Assembly: GCA_003695435.1 (NCBI GenBank)
Contig: RFJL01000011.1
Location: forward strand, 1 to 43,594
Direction of reading: 5' to 3'
Origin: Candidatus Woesearchaeota archaeon
Lineage (GTDB): Archaea; Nanobdellota; Nanobdellia; Woesearchaeales; UBA11576
Length of the DNA: 43,594 nt
Part shown: positions 34,488 through 42,927 of the stretch, piece after piece
How positions within the stretch are numbered: position 1 is the stretch's first letter
Layout: each line of letters begins with the position of its first letter
Translations under genes and position numbers: made by a program
Notes under the pieces: generated by a model
Databases searched by the model: none
Seen by the model: only the letters and a program-made list of their open reading frames with translations
What the model was told of the DNA's origin: nothing

Positions 34488-36353
34488 TCAGTTATTGTAA
34501 AATTCCTCTATTCTTCGAATATACTCTCTAGTAATCTTTATTTTCCAATCTGCAGGAAAGTTTTTGTAATAATTTGGCTGAGCATACCTCTCATCCAAGA
34601 AGATAATCACGCCCTTGTCTTTTTCGGTTCGAATACACCTTCCTGCGCCTTGGATTGTTTTTTGGAATGCAGGCATAACATAACCATAGTCCCATCCTTT
34701 GCCAAACTTGACATCGTAATAATCAATAAGACGTTTAGTTTCGAGAGTTGGTGTTGATAGTGGAAGACCCACCACAATGACTCCTTGGAGAAGTTCGCCC
34801 GGAAGATCAACACCCTCTCCAAAAGATCCTGAAATTGCTCCGAGAAGAACTGCCCCTGTTGAAGAAAAACTCTTGAAACGATTAAGAAATGTGGATTTTT
34901 CCTCCTTGTTCATTCCTGGTTTTTCACAAAAACAGGTCTTGTTACAGAGTTGAGAAAACAAGTCATATACTTGATCTCGCAAATAATAAGAGGGAAAAAA
35001 TATTGCAACATTGCCAGGAATTTTTTCACTTATTTGAGCACAAACCCGTGCAATACGTTCAAACTCTTCTTTCGATCTTCTTTGATATTTGGTTGTCGTC
35101 ACAGGGACAATCATGTTAAGACGATTTTCTTGAGGAAATGGACTATCAAACGTAAGCATATCAGTATCTGTTTCAAAACCTAAAATGTCTCGGTACATCT
35201 GGGTTGGTTGCAAGGTTCCTGACATGAGGATTACGCTGTGCGCGGTGTCATTTACATCTCGCGAGAGGATTTGGGGATCCATGCATCGATACATAAGACT
35301 AACAAGAGCTTTTTGAGAGCCTTCTCTTTTTGCGCAGAATCTGATGAACCCTTCTTCAGGACCCAGCCATGAAGAAAGAAAGTTACCCACGCTTTTAATT
35401 GCTGAAGTTTTTTCAGTATTGAGAACTTCATCTCCAAAAATATCACATAGAGCAATGAAATCTTCGACCTTTGTTTCGCCCCCAAACACATCTGTAAGAT
35501 CTTCTTGTCGAAGCATACGTTCATCACCAAGTTTAAGACCTGAATCGATCTCTTCAAAAAATTCTGCAAGGGCATCCATTTCTTTACGAATCTTTTCGGC
35601 CCCAATGTTATCAATTTCTTTTCTTGCGCGCTCAACAGTTGTTTGTGCAAGAGAATCACTAAGCAAATTGCGCAATCGCTCAGGGAGGTTGTGTGCCTCG
35701 TCAACAATAACAATTACATCACTTAGTCCAATGCCTATTTTGGAGAAGAATTGATTTCGTATTCTCTCATTGTAAATATAGTAATAGTCTGCTATGATGA
35801 CGCGGGCACCTTCACTAAGTGCACTGGCCATCTCATAAGGGCAAAGCTGCTCACTCTCACAAACCGTGTTAAATTCTTCGATGTGCAGGGGAGAGAGGTG
35901 TTTGAATTTTGTTTGGGCTGCTTTTGCCTGAGTAGTAAGGCCCTGACCTGACCGCGTGTTAGAATAGTATGAGCAAGCATTGTCTTCGCGCAGTTTTTTA
36001 CAATATTCAAAAAAATCTGCCGAGCGCAGACTTTGAACACCACTTTGTAAACACATTCCTTTCTTTCCAATAAGATCAACAACGTGCACAGGAATGTTAT
36101 GTTTTTCTTTTATCGCGCGAAGGGTGTCTATTGCTATTGCGTGTTGTGTGTGGCGAGACGTTAAAAAGAAAATGGTTTTTTCATGTTTTATTGCATATTC
36201 TAATGCGGGTGCAAGAGCTGCAGCGGTTTTTCCAAGTCCTGTTGGTGCATGTACGAGCAAGTGTCGTTTGTTCTCAACAGCATCGGTTACTTTGGTAATG
36301 AACTCTTTTTGATACGGGCGAACAGTCTCAAAAGGGAAATACTTAATCTCCAT
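34488..36353 (-). CDS. xpd: XPD/Rad3-family 5'-3' DNA helicase (SF2, FeS cluster)
   Basis: Walker A HAPTGLGKT, DEAH box VDEAHNL, four-Cys FeS domain (GMCLQ..YCKKL..ACSYY..LCPYE), and C-terminal helicase motifs (GSFGEGVD, QGAGRCIR). Confidence 0.9.
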   Translation of the reverse strand: MEIKYFPFETVRPYQKEFITKVTDAVENKRHLLVHAPTGLGKTAAALAPALEYAIKHEKTIFFLTSRHTQHAIAIDTLRAIKEKHNIPVHVVDLIGKKGMCLQSGVQSLRSADFFEYCKKLREDNACSYYSNTRSGQGLTTQAKAAQTKFKHLSPLHIEEFNTVCESEQLCPYEMASALSEGARVIIADYYYIYNERIRNQFFSKIGIGLSDVIVIVDEAHNLPERLRNLLSDSLAQTTVERARKEIDNIGAEKIRKEMDALAEFFEEIDSGLKLGDERMLRQEDLTDVFGGETKVEDFIALCDIFGDEVLNTEKTSAIKSVGNFLSSWLGPEEGFIRFCAKREGSQKALVSLMYRCMDPQILSRDVNDTAHSVILMSGTLQPTQMYRDILGFETDTDMLTFDSPFPQENRLNMIVPVTTTKYQRRSKEEFERIARVCAQISEKIPGNVAIFFPSYYLRDQVYDLFSQLCNKTCFCEKPGMNKEEKSTFLNRFKSFSSTGAVLLGAISGSFGEGVDLPGELLQGVIVVGLPLSTPTLETKRLIDYYDVKFGKGWDYGYVMPAFQKTIQGAGRCIRTEKDKGVIIFLDERYAQPNYYKNFPADWKIKITREYIRRIEEFYNN

Positions 36354-36545
36354 GAGTTGTTTCCTTTTTGTTTGCTATTTAAGTGTTGTTGTGTGACTTG
36401 TCCAGTGGTCTTGCAGAAGGTACGTAGTGTGACCGTACCTGGGTGGGAGGACACACACCACGTTGAAATTCTTGAAACCGATATCAAAAGATATTTAAAT
36501 GCCTCTTTGAAATATAGGTTGTAAGCAATAGATTGGGGTTAAGAG

Positions 36546-36815
36546 ATGAACAAAGAACAAATTTTCAATGTGTTTTTCCGGGAAAAACCTGCGATGATGC
36601 TCATCTCGCTTCTTAACTCAAAGTCGGAAATGTATGCATCCACACTTGCAAAGCAAGTTGACTGCACCTATTCTCACGTCGTGAAAGTTTTGCAACAATT
36701 AGAGGAGGCAGGACTTATTAAGTTTAATAAACAGGGAAGACTCAAACTATTAACACTTACCAAAAAAGGAGCAGATATTGCTGAACATATCAATAAGATT
36801 AGAAGTTCTCTTTAG
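36546..36815 (+). CDS. small winged-helix transcriptional regulator (ArsR/MarR-like)
   Basis: MYASTLAKQVDCTYSHVVKVLQQLEEAGLIKFNKQGRLKLLTLTKKG is an HTH followed by a wing. Followed by a hairpin plus T-run (AACTCGTTTTTTGTGAGTT). Confidence 0.75.
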   Translation: MNKEQIFNVFFREKPAMMLISLLNSKSEMYASTLAKQVDCTYSHVVKVLQQLEEAGLIKFNKQGRLKLLTLTKKGADIAEHINKIRSSL

Positions 36816-37086
36816 ACTCATGTGAACTCGTTTTTTGTGAGTTTGAGTGTTGCCCTTTTGTTTATTTCAGAACGTGTTTTTAGCATTTACAAGTTGTAAG
36901 GGATGTCAGTGTAAAGAGTGTTTGTGCATTGAGGGAAAAGCGTTGAGCTTCGTGGTTTGTTGTCTCTTACTTGCTGTGTGGGAATAATTGCAGTGGTAAG
37001 GGTGCTACTAAAGTTCAAGCACAACAAATAAAGATCTAAATGGTGGTGTGTTCCAAAAGAATTGGAGAAAAAATTAATTTGCAAGT

Positions 37087-37542
37087 TTATTCAAGGAACT
37101 TGCTTGCTTGTCTTGGATCCCACTTCCACGTCATGGGGAGTTTTCCTGTGCGCTTGTAGTACTTTACAAGACGACCAATCTTGGATTCTGTAAGAAGGAG
37201 TCCTCTTTTTGCAGTTTTATCCATGTGATTGTTTTCCAAATGGTTGCGAATAGTAACTGATCTTCTGATGAGTGCTTGTAGATCTTCAGGAATTTCATTA
37301 GCCATCCCTTTTTCAGAAAGAATTTTGGTGATGGTTTTTCCACAAAGTGCTTTGACGTCAGGAACACCATAACTATCTCGTAAGATCAATCCAATTCTGC
37401 TTGGAGCGTTGCCTTCTTTTGCAAGTTTTTGAATGAGTTTTTCAACCTCTGCGGGTTTGTGGCTTTGCCAAGGGGGGTTTTCCCTTACTGTTGGTTTTGT
37501 TGAACCTGATTTTCCTTTAGCTCTCGAGTGCATTCTTGCCAT
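37087..37542 (-). CDS. rps15: 30S ribosomal protein uS15 (archaeal S15P / eukaryotic S13 type)
   Basis: MARMHSRAKGKSGSTKP...APSRIGLILRDSYGVPDV...HLENNHMDKTAKRGLLLTESKIGRLVKYYKRTGKLP. The ATG at 37542 is preferred over the long track ORF. Confidence 0.93.
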   Translation of the reverse strand: MARMHSRAKGKSGSTKPTVRENPPWQSHKPAEVEKLIQKLAKEGNAPSRIGLILRDSYGVPDVKALCGKTITKILSEKGMANEIPEDLQALIRRSVTIRNHLENNHMDKTAKRGLLLTESKIGRLVKYYKRTGKLPMTWKWDPRQASKFLE

Positions 37543-37729
37543 AGTATATACCTCTGCACAGAAAGAAATCGCATCTTTCTGGCATAACCAAGCTTTCACC
37601 GGGTTATCCTTGATAATTACACTCCTCAATTTATTTAAAAAGCTATTTATTTTCAATATTGATAGTATTTCACTGGTCACAAGACAACCAGAACAAACCC
37701 TTTTAAACAAAGAGCTTAGAACAAACAAT

Positions 37730-38548
37730 ATGCCAAAAAGAGTTCAATCCCCCAGTTCTATCAATATCTACAAACAATGCCCTAGAAGATACTTTTACCA
37801 GTACATCAAAAAACTCCCAACCTATCCTAGTATCCACACTCTTAGGGGAAACATTGTTCACAGCACACTTGAACTCTTCTACGAACTTGATCCTCAAACG
37901 CTTGACGAAGCAAATTGGCGAGTTGATATGGCAAATTATGCAAGAAACCTCTTCGAAGCACTCTGGAAAAAAAACAGAAATTCACTTCTCAAACTTGCAG
38001 GAAGTGAAGAGAAATATTATTTTTTCTACCAAGAGTCTGCGCAAATGCTGGCTAATTGGATGAATGCATTTTTCTCAAAATTTTCTAAACTACTTCAAGA
38101 AAATACTCTTTTGCAGGCATGGGAGAAAATACGTCCTATCGCAAGAGAGATAGAATACAAATCACGAGAGCTCAGCGTAAGAGGATTTATTGATTGCATT
38201 GAAGAAATCGATGGCAAAATCCGCCTTATTGACTATAAAACATCCAAACTCAAAAAAGAGTTTCCCAAGGAGTATAGGTTACAGCTTGCAATATATGCCT
38301 TGATGTATAAGGAAAAGCATGGAAAACTTCCTGATGAGGCAAGCGTGTGGTTTTTGAGAGGAGAAGAAGTGGTCGTTCCTATAACTGAGGAGCTTGTTAA
38401 AGATGCACTCTTTGAGGTGGAGCAGATTCATTTTAACACGCAATCAGAGCACATATCCGATTACCCTGTTAACATCACTCCGCTGTGCAAGTGGCGCGGA
38501 GGACAGTGTGATTTCTATAACGTTTGTATCAAAGAGAGGCACTTGTAA
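37730..38548 (+). CDS. PD-(D/E)XK nuclease, Cas4/RecB-exonuclease-like with Cys cluster (stand-alone, no CRISPR nearby)
   Basis: N-terminal SPSSINIYKQCPRRYFY, core GFIDCIEEIDGKIRLIDYKTSK (D..ExK-type), QLAIYALM (QxxxY), and C-terminal CKWRGGQCDFYNVC. ATG at 37730. The upstream track extension is antisense to rps15. Confidence 0.8.
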   Translation: MPKRVQSPSSINIYKQCPRRYFYQYIKKLPTYPSIHTLRGNIVHSTLELFYELDPQTLDEANWRVDMANYARNLFEALWKKNRNSLLKLAGSEEKYYFFYQESAQMLANWMNAFFSKFSKLLQENTLLQAWEKIRPIAREIEYKSRELSVRGFIDCIEEIDGKIRLIDYKTSKLKKEFPKEYRLQLAIYALMYKEKHGKLPDEASVWFLRGEEVVVPITEELVKDALFEVEQIHFNTQSEHISDYPVNITPLCKWRGGQCDFYNVCIKERHL

Positions 38549-38672
38549 AAACGTAGTGAACCTTGCGTAAAAAACTCTTAAAAGCGTTCATAAAAGCAAT
38601 GGTAGCAAGCCAAGACTAACGTAAAATCACGTAAAACAAACATTCTTAAACAGAACTAACTGCATTTCAACT

Positions 38673-39617
38673 ATGCAAGAGGTGTTTGTTTGGTCGCTTA
38701 TTGGACTGCTAAGCATTATTCTTATCGTCAAGTCAGCAAGCTATGCCATTGAGTCTATCATTCGCTATGCAAGAAAAACAGGGCTTTCTTATTATTTTGT
38801 GGGTCTTCTTATTGTCTCCATAGGAACATCTCTTCCTGAGATTTTCACCGCAGTGATATCCGCACTGCAAGGAGCATCTCAACTTGTCATAGGGGATGCA
38901 ATGGGTGCAACCATCGTTGATATTGGTCTTGTTCTCTCATTAGTGGGTCTTGTTGGGGGGAAAGTTGTCTTCAAGAAAAAAGAGGCAAATCTAAGTGCGG
39001 TAAAGATACTTGCAGTGGTGGCAGCACCGCTTATTCTTGCAATTGATGGAACACTTTCCCGACTTGATGGTATTTTAATGATCGTACTCTACATCTTCTA
39101 CTATGCTATTAACATTTTCAAGGAGATCACACAGCAGAAGGTTGCAAAGAAGGTTCCTCTAACCTTTGCGCTTCATGAGACTCTGGTGTTTGGCATTAAT
39201 ATTGCGTTGCTTCTCTTTGGAACGCAAGTTCTCGTAAAGTCGGCAACGACTCTGTCAAGTATCTTGGGAATTCCCGAATATCTTTTTGGGGCTCTTTTCC
39301 TGAGCATTTGCACAACGTCTCCGGAATTCATGGTGGAGCTCAAGGCATTATGGAGTAAATCCGCGCCTATTGCATTAGGGGATATCTTCGGATCGGTGGT
39401 AACCAATACTTCTCTTGTCCTGGGAATTGCCTGTGTGATTTCGCCAGTGATGATAGCAACACAATTCTTCGTAGTGGGTTTTTTCATGGTGGGTCTTGTG
39501 GCCTTGGGGCTTTTGTTTCTAAGGGCTGAGCGTATTACTCGTACACAGGGATTGGTGTTGTTCCTGGGCTATGTGATTTTTGCTCTCACTCAACTTTTTG
39601 CACTTACACAACATTAG
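38673..39617 (+). CDS. Ca2+/cation antiporter (CaCA, YrbG-like)
   Basis: Two alpha-repeat motifs SIGTSLPEIFTAV and CTTSPEFMVEL, about 10 TM helices, 314 aa. Confidence 0.85.
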   Translation: MQEVFVWSLIGLLSIILIVKSASYAIESIIRYARKTGLSYYFVGLLIVSIGTSLPEIFTAVISALQGASQLVIGDAMGATIVDIGLVLSLVGLVGGKVVFKKKEANLSAVKILAVVAAPLILAIDGTLSRLDGILMIVLYIFYYAINIFKEITQQKVAKKVPLTFALHETLVFGINIALLLFGTQVLVKSATTLSSILGIPEYLFGALFLSICTTSPEFMVELKALWSKSAPIALGDIFGSVVTNTSLVLGIACVISPVMIATQFFVVGFFMVGLVALGLLFLRAERITRTQGLVLFLGYVIFALTQLFALTQH

Positions 39618-39723
39618 CGGGGCACAGTTCTGATTGCATAATACTGGTGCTAGAAAGACTGCGTATTGGGATCATGCACAAGCACGAGTCACAATAGAAT
39701 GGTGAGAAATGGTGGAGGGGTGA

Positions 39724-39841
39724 TAGTCCCGCCCGGATAAGCGTGCAGTGAGTCTGTAACCACGTACTTTGCTCAGCGGCATTTCGAACCGGGGTCCAGA
39801 GACCCAAAATCTCCGATGATTGGCCACTACACCACGGGACT
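39724..39841 (-). tRNA. tRNA-Gln (UUG) with a roughly 45-nt intron in the T-loop (about position 59/60)
   Basis: Hand fold: acceptor AGTCCCG/CGGGACT (A1:U72) plus discriminator A, D region TGGTGTAGTGGCCAATCAT, anticodon arm GGAGA-TTTTGGG-TCTCT. T stem CCCGG/CCGGG encloses TTCGAA[ATGCCGC...ACGCTTA]T (intron about 39738-39782). TATA TTTTATAAA lies upstream. Confidence 0.75.
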
Positions 39842-40003
39842 GTAAGTCCCCTCCTTAGGTGGCTATCTAATCATCGGTTTATAAAATTTTTTGATTAGGT
39901 TCTTTTAGCAATCCTGATTTTTTAGAAGTTCGTGCTGTTTGTTCAATCATTGAGCAAGTATGTCTGTATGTCTGTTTGTCTGTATGGGGCAACTTGTTAG
40001 GGG

Positions 40004-40810
40004 TTATTGTTTCCATTGCTCAATCATTTCTTCTTCAATGAAATGTAATTTACCTGGGATGATGAGCGAATGAAGAGGTGCACCAAAATCTGTGTCTAGA
40101 AGCTCCTTAACAGTTCCTGCCCTGATGAGTTGGGATTCTTGTCCGATGCGTGCAACTCCAACCACTAGGGTGTCTTGGGTGACGATGTTTTCTTGTCTTT
40201 TTTCTTCTATGGAGAGTAGATTGCGTAAAGCCTCATTTACGCTCATAAAACGAGGTTTGAGAGGGTTTTCCCTACCTTGTTTGAGATCCTCTTTACGTGC
40301 TTCTTTGATCTTAATATCAAGAAGGCACAAGGTGTGCAACCCTCTTTCGAGATTTTCCTTAATTGCGTCGTAGTGTGTTTGAACTTCCCATCCTTCTTCG
40401 GGAAAAACAATTGATGTGGTCTTGCCGTATTTGTAGAGTTCAAGACCTACGATGCCAACTGCATTGAGAATAGATGCGTTGTGAATGACTTTAACTTGGA
40501 TTCCTGCATCTTTTGCTCTTAGGTAGAGGTCCGCGTGAGTTGTTGCTCCAAACGGATCCCCGACAACAAGAAAGCAGACATTTTTTGTTTTTGCAGGTTC
40601 AAGAATCTCTTCTGCGCGTTTTTCAACAAGGTCGCGGTCTGCAAGAATGATGGGTTTTCCATATTCTTTTTCCAGTTCTCTCTCACTGCAACCGAGAATA
40701 GATGTGTAGTGCTCAAGGAAGATGATATCTGCTTGTTCGATAGCTGCTTTTCCTTTAAGGGTGATGTCTTTTGCATCTCCTAAGCCTAGTCCGATAAGGG
40801 TAAGAGTCAT
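40004..40810 (-). CDS. dph5: diphthine synthase
   Basis: MTLTLIGLGLGD, VCFLVVGDPFGATTHADL, LCLLDIK and IIPG motifs of the tetrapyrrole-methylase-fold Dph5. 268 aa. Confidence 0.93.
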   Translation of the reverse strand: MTLTLIGLGLGDAKDITLKGKAAIEQADIIFLEHYTSILGCSERELEKEYGKPIILADRDLVEKRAEEILEPAKTKNVCFLVVGDPFGATTHADLYLRAKDAGIQVKVIHNASILNAVGIVGLELYKYGKTTSIVFPEEGWEVQTHYDAIKENLERGLHTLCLLDIKIKEARKEDLKQGRENPLKPRFMSVNEALRNLLSIEEKRQENIVTQDTLVVGVARIGQESQLIRAGTVKELLDTDFGAPLHSLIIPGKLHFIEEEMIEQWKQ

Positions 40811-41197
40811 ACTGCTTTTTTGTCGTGCTCTTCTATTAAAAAGTCGTTGTTTTTGTGTGTGTATTATTTGTTCTGAGAACTCTGTGGTGCGTGAAGCATG
40901 ATCAAAAGACAGATATAAAATTTAAATTAGTATATTAAATAGTATATTAGTTTATATTTAATGTTTTTTTTTGTGTTTTTGCTTTCTGTTTTTCTCTTTT
41001 TTTTGTTTTTTTGGTGTATTTTTGAGATTTCTTTCCCAATAAACACATAATAGCTAAATCAGTATATTTTTTTGTATACCAGATTATATTCTTGAACACA
41101 TAAATGTTTATAAATTCACATTGCACGACTTTACACTACGAAAGATCACTAACGATTGTTTCGTATCCTAAAATCAAAAAAAGGGGGCAAACACACA

Positions 41198-42265
41198 ATG
41201 GACTTTTTAGTACAAAACGCACTGCACACAGCAGAACAACAAGCCCAACCTGAAGTCGGGCAAGCAAACATCAAAGTTATCGGAGCAGGTGGTGCTGGTA
41301 ACAATATGGTTAACTGGCTCTACCAAAAAGGTATTCAAGGCGCAGAAATTATTGCATGTAACACAGATCAACAACATCTTAACATTACTAATGCTGATCG
41401 TAAATTCTTAATCGGAGCAGATCTTACTCGTGGACTCGGTTGCGGAGGGTTCCCTGAAAGAGGAATGGAAGCAGCAAAAGAGTCAATGCAAAAAATCAAA
41501 GAATCACTTCGCGACGCAGACATGTGCTTTGTCTGCGCAGGTATGGGCGGAGGAACAGGAACAGGTTCCGCACCAGTTATTGCTCAAGTAGCAAAAGATT
41601 CCGGTGCAATCGTTATAGGAACTGTTACGATGCCGTTCAAAATTGAGCGCGCAAGAGTTGACAAAGCAGAATTCGGTCTTCAACAATTAAGAAATGCTTG
41701 TGATACGGTAATTGTCATTGACAACAACAGACTCGTCCAAATCGCAGGAAACCTTCCTGTCCAACAAGCATTTGCAGTAGCAAACGAACTTATCTCAACA
41801 ATGATTAAAGGAATTGTTGAAACCATTGCAGTACCTTCCCTTGTTAATCTTGACTATGCAGATGTTAAGACTATCATGACTAACGGGGATGTTGCGGCAA
41901 TTGGTGTCGGCGCATCAGATACTGCAAACCGTGTAGACGAAGCAGTTAAAGGTGCACTTTCAAACCCTCTTCTTGACATTAGCTACGAAGGCGCAACAGG
42001 TGCAATCATCCACGTCCACGGAGGACCTGACCTTACTCTTGATGAAATCTCAAGAGTTGGAGAACTTGTCACAGAATCCATGGACCAAGATGCGAATGTT
42101 ATCTGGGGAGCACGTGTTAGCGATGATATGAAAGGAAAGCTCACCGTGATGACTATTATCACAGGAGTTAAATCCCCCTGGATCCTTGGTAAAAAGGATG
42201 CGCGTTCTATCAGAGCACACACTGCTCAGATGAACGAAGACCTTGGCATCGAGATGATCCGATAA
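41198..42265 (+). CDS. ftsZ: cell division GTPase FtsZ
   Basis: IKVIGAGGAGNN, tubulin signature GMGGGTGTGSAPV, and NTDQQHL. GGGGG SD-like element 10 nt upstream of the ATG at 41198. Confidence 0.95.
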   Translation: MDFLVQNALHTAEQQAQPEVGQANIKVIGAGGAGNNMVNWLYQKGIQGAEIIACNTDQQHLNITNADRKFLIGADLTRGLGCGGFPERGMEAAKESMQKIKESLRDADMCFVCAGMGGGTGTGSAPVIAQVAKDSGAIVIGTVTMPFKIERARVDKAEFGLQQLRNACDTVIVIDNNRLVQIAGNLPVQQAFAVANELISTMIKGIVETIAVPSLVNLDYADVKTIMTNGDVAAIGVGASDTANRVDEAVKGALSNPLLDISYEGATGAIIHVHGGPDLTLDEISRVGELVTESMDQDANVIWGARVSDDMKGKLTVMTIITGVKSPWILGKKDARSIRAHTAQMNEDLGIEMIR

Positions 42266-42327
42266 ATCATTTTCTTTGCTCTCTTTTACAACCACCCCCA
42301 ATCTGTTCAAGAGAGCATCTCCTTGTC

Positions 42328-42366
42328 TCCTATGCAGCAATGCATAGGGACTTTTTTTCTTTTTTC
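42328..42366 (+). terminator. hairpin plus T-run after ftsZ
   Basis: CCTATGCA-GCAA-TGCATAGG (8-bp stem) followed immediately by CTTTTTTTCTTTTTT. Confidence 0.55.
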
Positions 42367-42569
42367 ATTTTCTTCTTTTCTCATACGTGTTCCTTCCCGT
42401 CCCTCATTCATCCTCTTTTTTTTCGGTTGGTCTTCTGTTGTTTTCTCAGAACACCCTTTAAACACTTCACCATCTAAACACTTAAATTATCGTAGAACTT
42501 TCTTTCTTTACAGGGTGAGAGAATACTAAAAAAGTATTTGAAAGGCTAGCATAAAATCACAAACAACAT

Positions 42570-42911
42570 ATGAAACGAATTAGATATATTGGATCAAGAG
42601 AGCAATTAACACCAGAACAACAAGCGTTCAGACCCCCCAATTTTAATCGTAGCGTTTGCGAACAGTGCTTTCTTTTTGATGCAAACAAACTACTCTGGGA
42701 AGAGGAGGGGTACCAGCCACTCAAAGAATATTGCATGTCCTGCGATGGGAAAACACCAGTTCAAAACATCGAAGTAACACAGCTAAAATTTCTAAGAGAT
42801 CTTATGAACATTTATGATGCTCGAATGGTTGCACACCTCACAGAAGCACAAAGTGTGTGCGATCAAATAGACCAAACACTCAAAAACATAGAAGACATTA
42901 TAAACTCATAA
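42570..42911 (+). CDS. hypothetical protein with CxxC...CxxC zinc-ribbon-like pairs
   Basis: Intact 113-aa ORF with CEQC and CMSC pairs and a helical C-terminus. No family recognised. Confidence 0.5.
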   Translation: MKRIRYIGSREQLTPEQQAFRPPNFNRSVCEQCFLFDANKLLWEEEGYQPLKEYCMSCDGKTPVQNIEVTQLKFLRDLMNIYDARMVAHLTEAQSVCDQIDQTLKNIEDIINS

Positions 42912-42927
42912 AAAGTTAAAATCATAA

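Noticed and set aside
36396-36450. GC-richer patch with a 7-bp hairpin (AGGTACG/CGTACCT) in the xpd/wHTH intergenic region, considered as a small RNA
   Set aside because: It is too short and lacks any RNA-family signature. It is more simply an operator or promoter region for the divergent genes. The TGTCCAGTGG copy there is noted under the ORB finding.
36816-37086. 270-bp G/T-rich convergent spacer between the wHTH gene and rps15 (65-aa ORF on the minus strand)
   Set aside because: No convincing secondary structure, repeats or coding signal apart from the terminator hairpin at its 5' end. The ORF is Cys/Thr/Leu-rich and unsupported.
37433-37729. N-terminal 99 codons of the 371-aa track ORF, and the N-terminal 62 codons of the 213-aa rps15 track ORF (37543-37728)
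   Set aside because: The two extensions are mutually antisense across the divergent promoter region. The conserved proteins begin at MPKRVQSPSS (37730) and MARMHSRAKG (37542).
39604-39807. 67-aa minus-strand ORF
   Set aside because: It coincides with the tRNA-Gln gene and its intron, so the sequence is explained by the RNA gene.
42266-42569. 68-aa ORF and T/C-rich tract downstream of ftsZ
   Set aside because: The pyrimidine-rich low-complexity translation (FFLFSFSSFL..) has no start context. The region is better explained as a terminator plus the promoter of the next gene.
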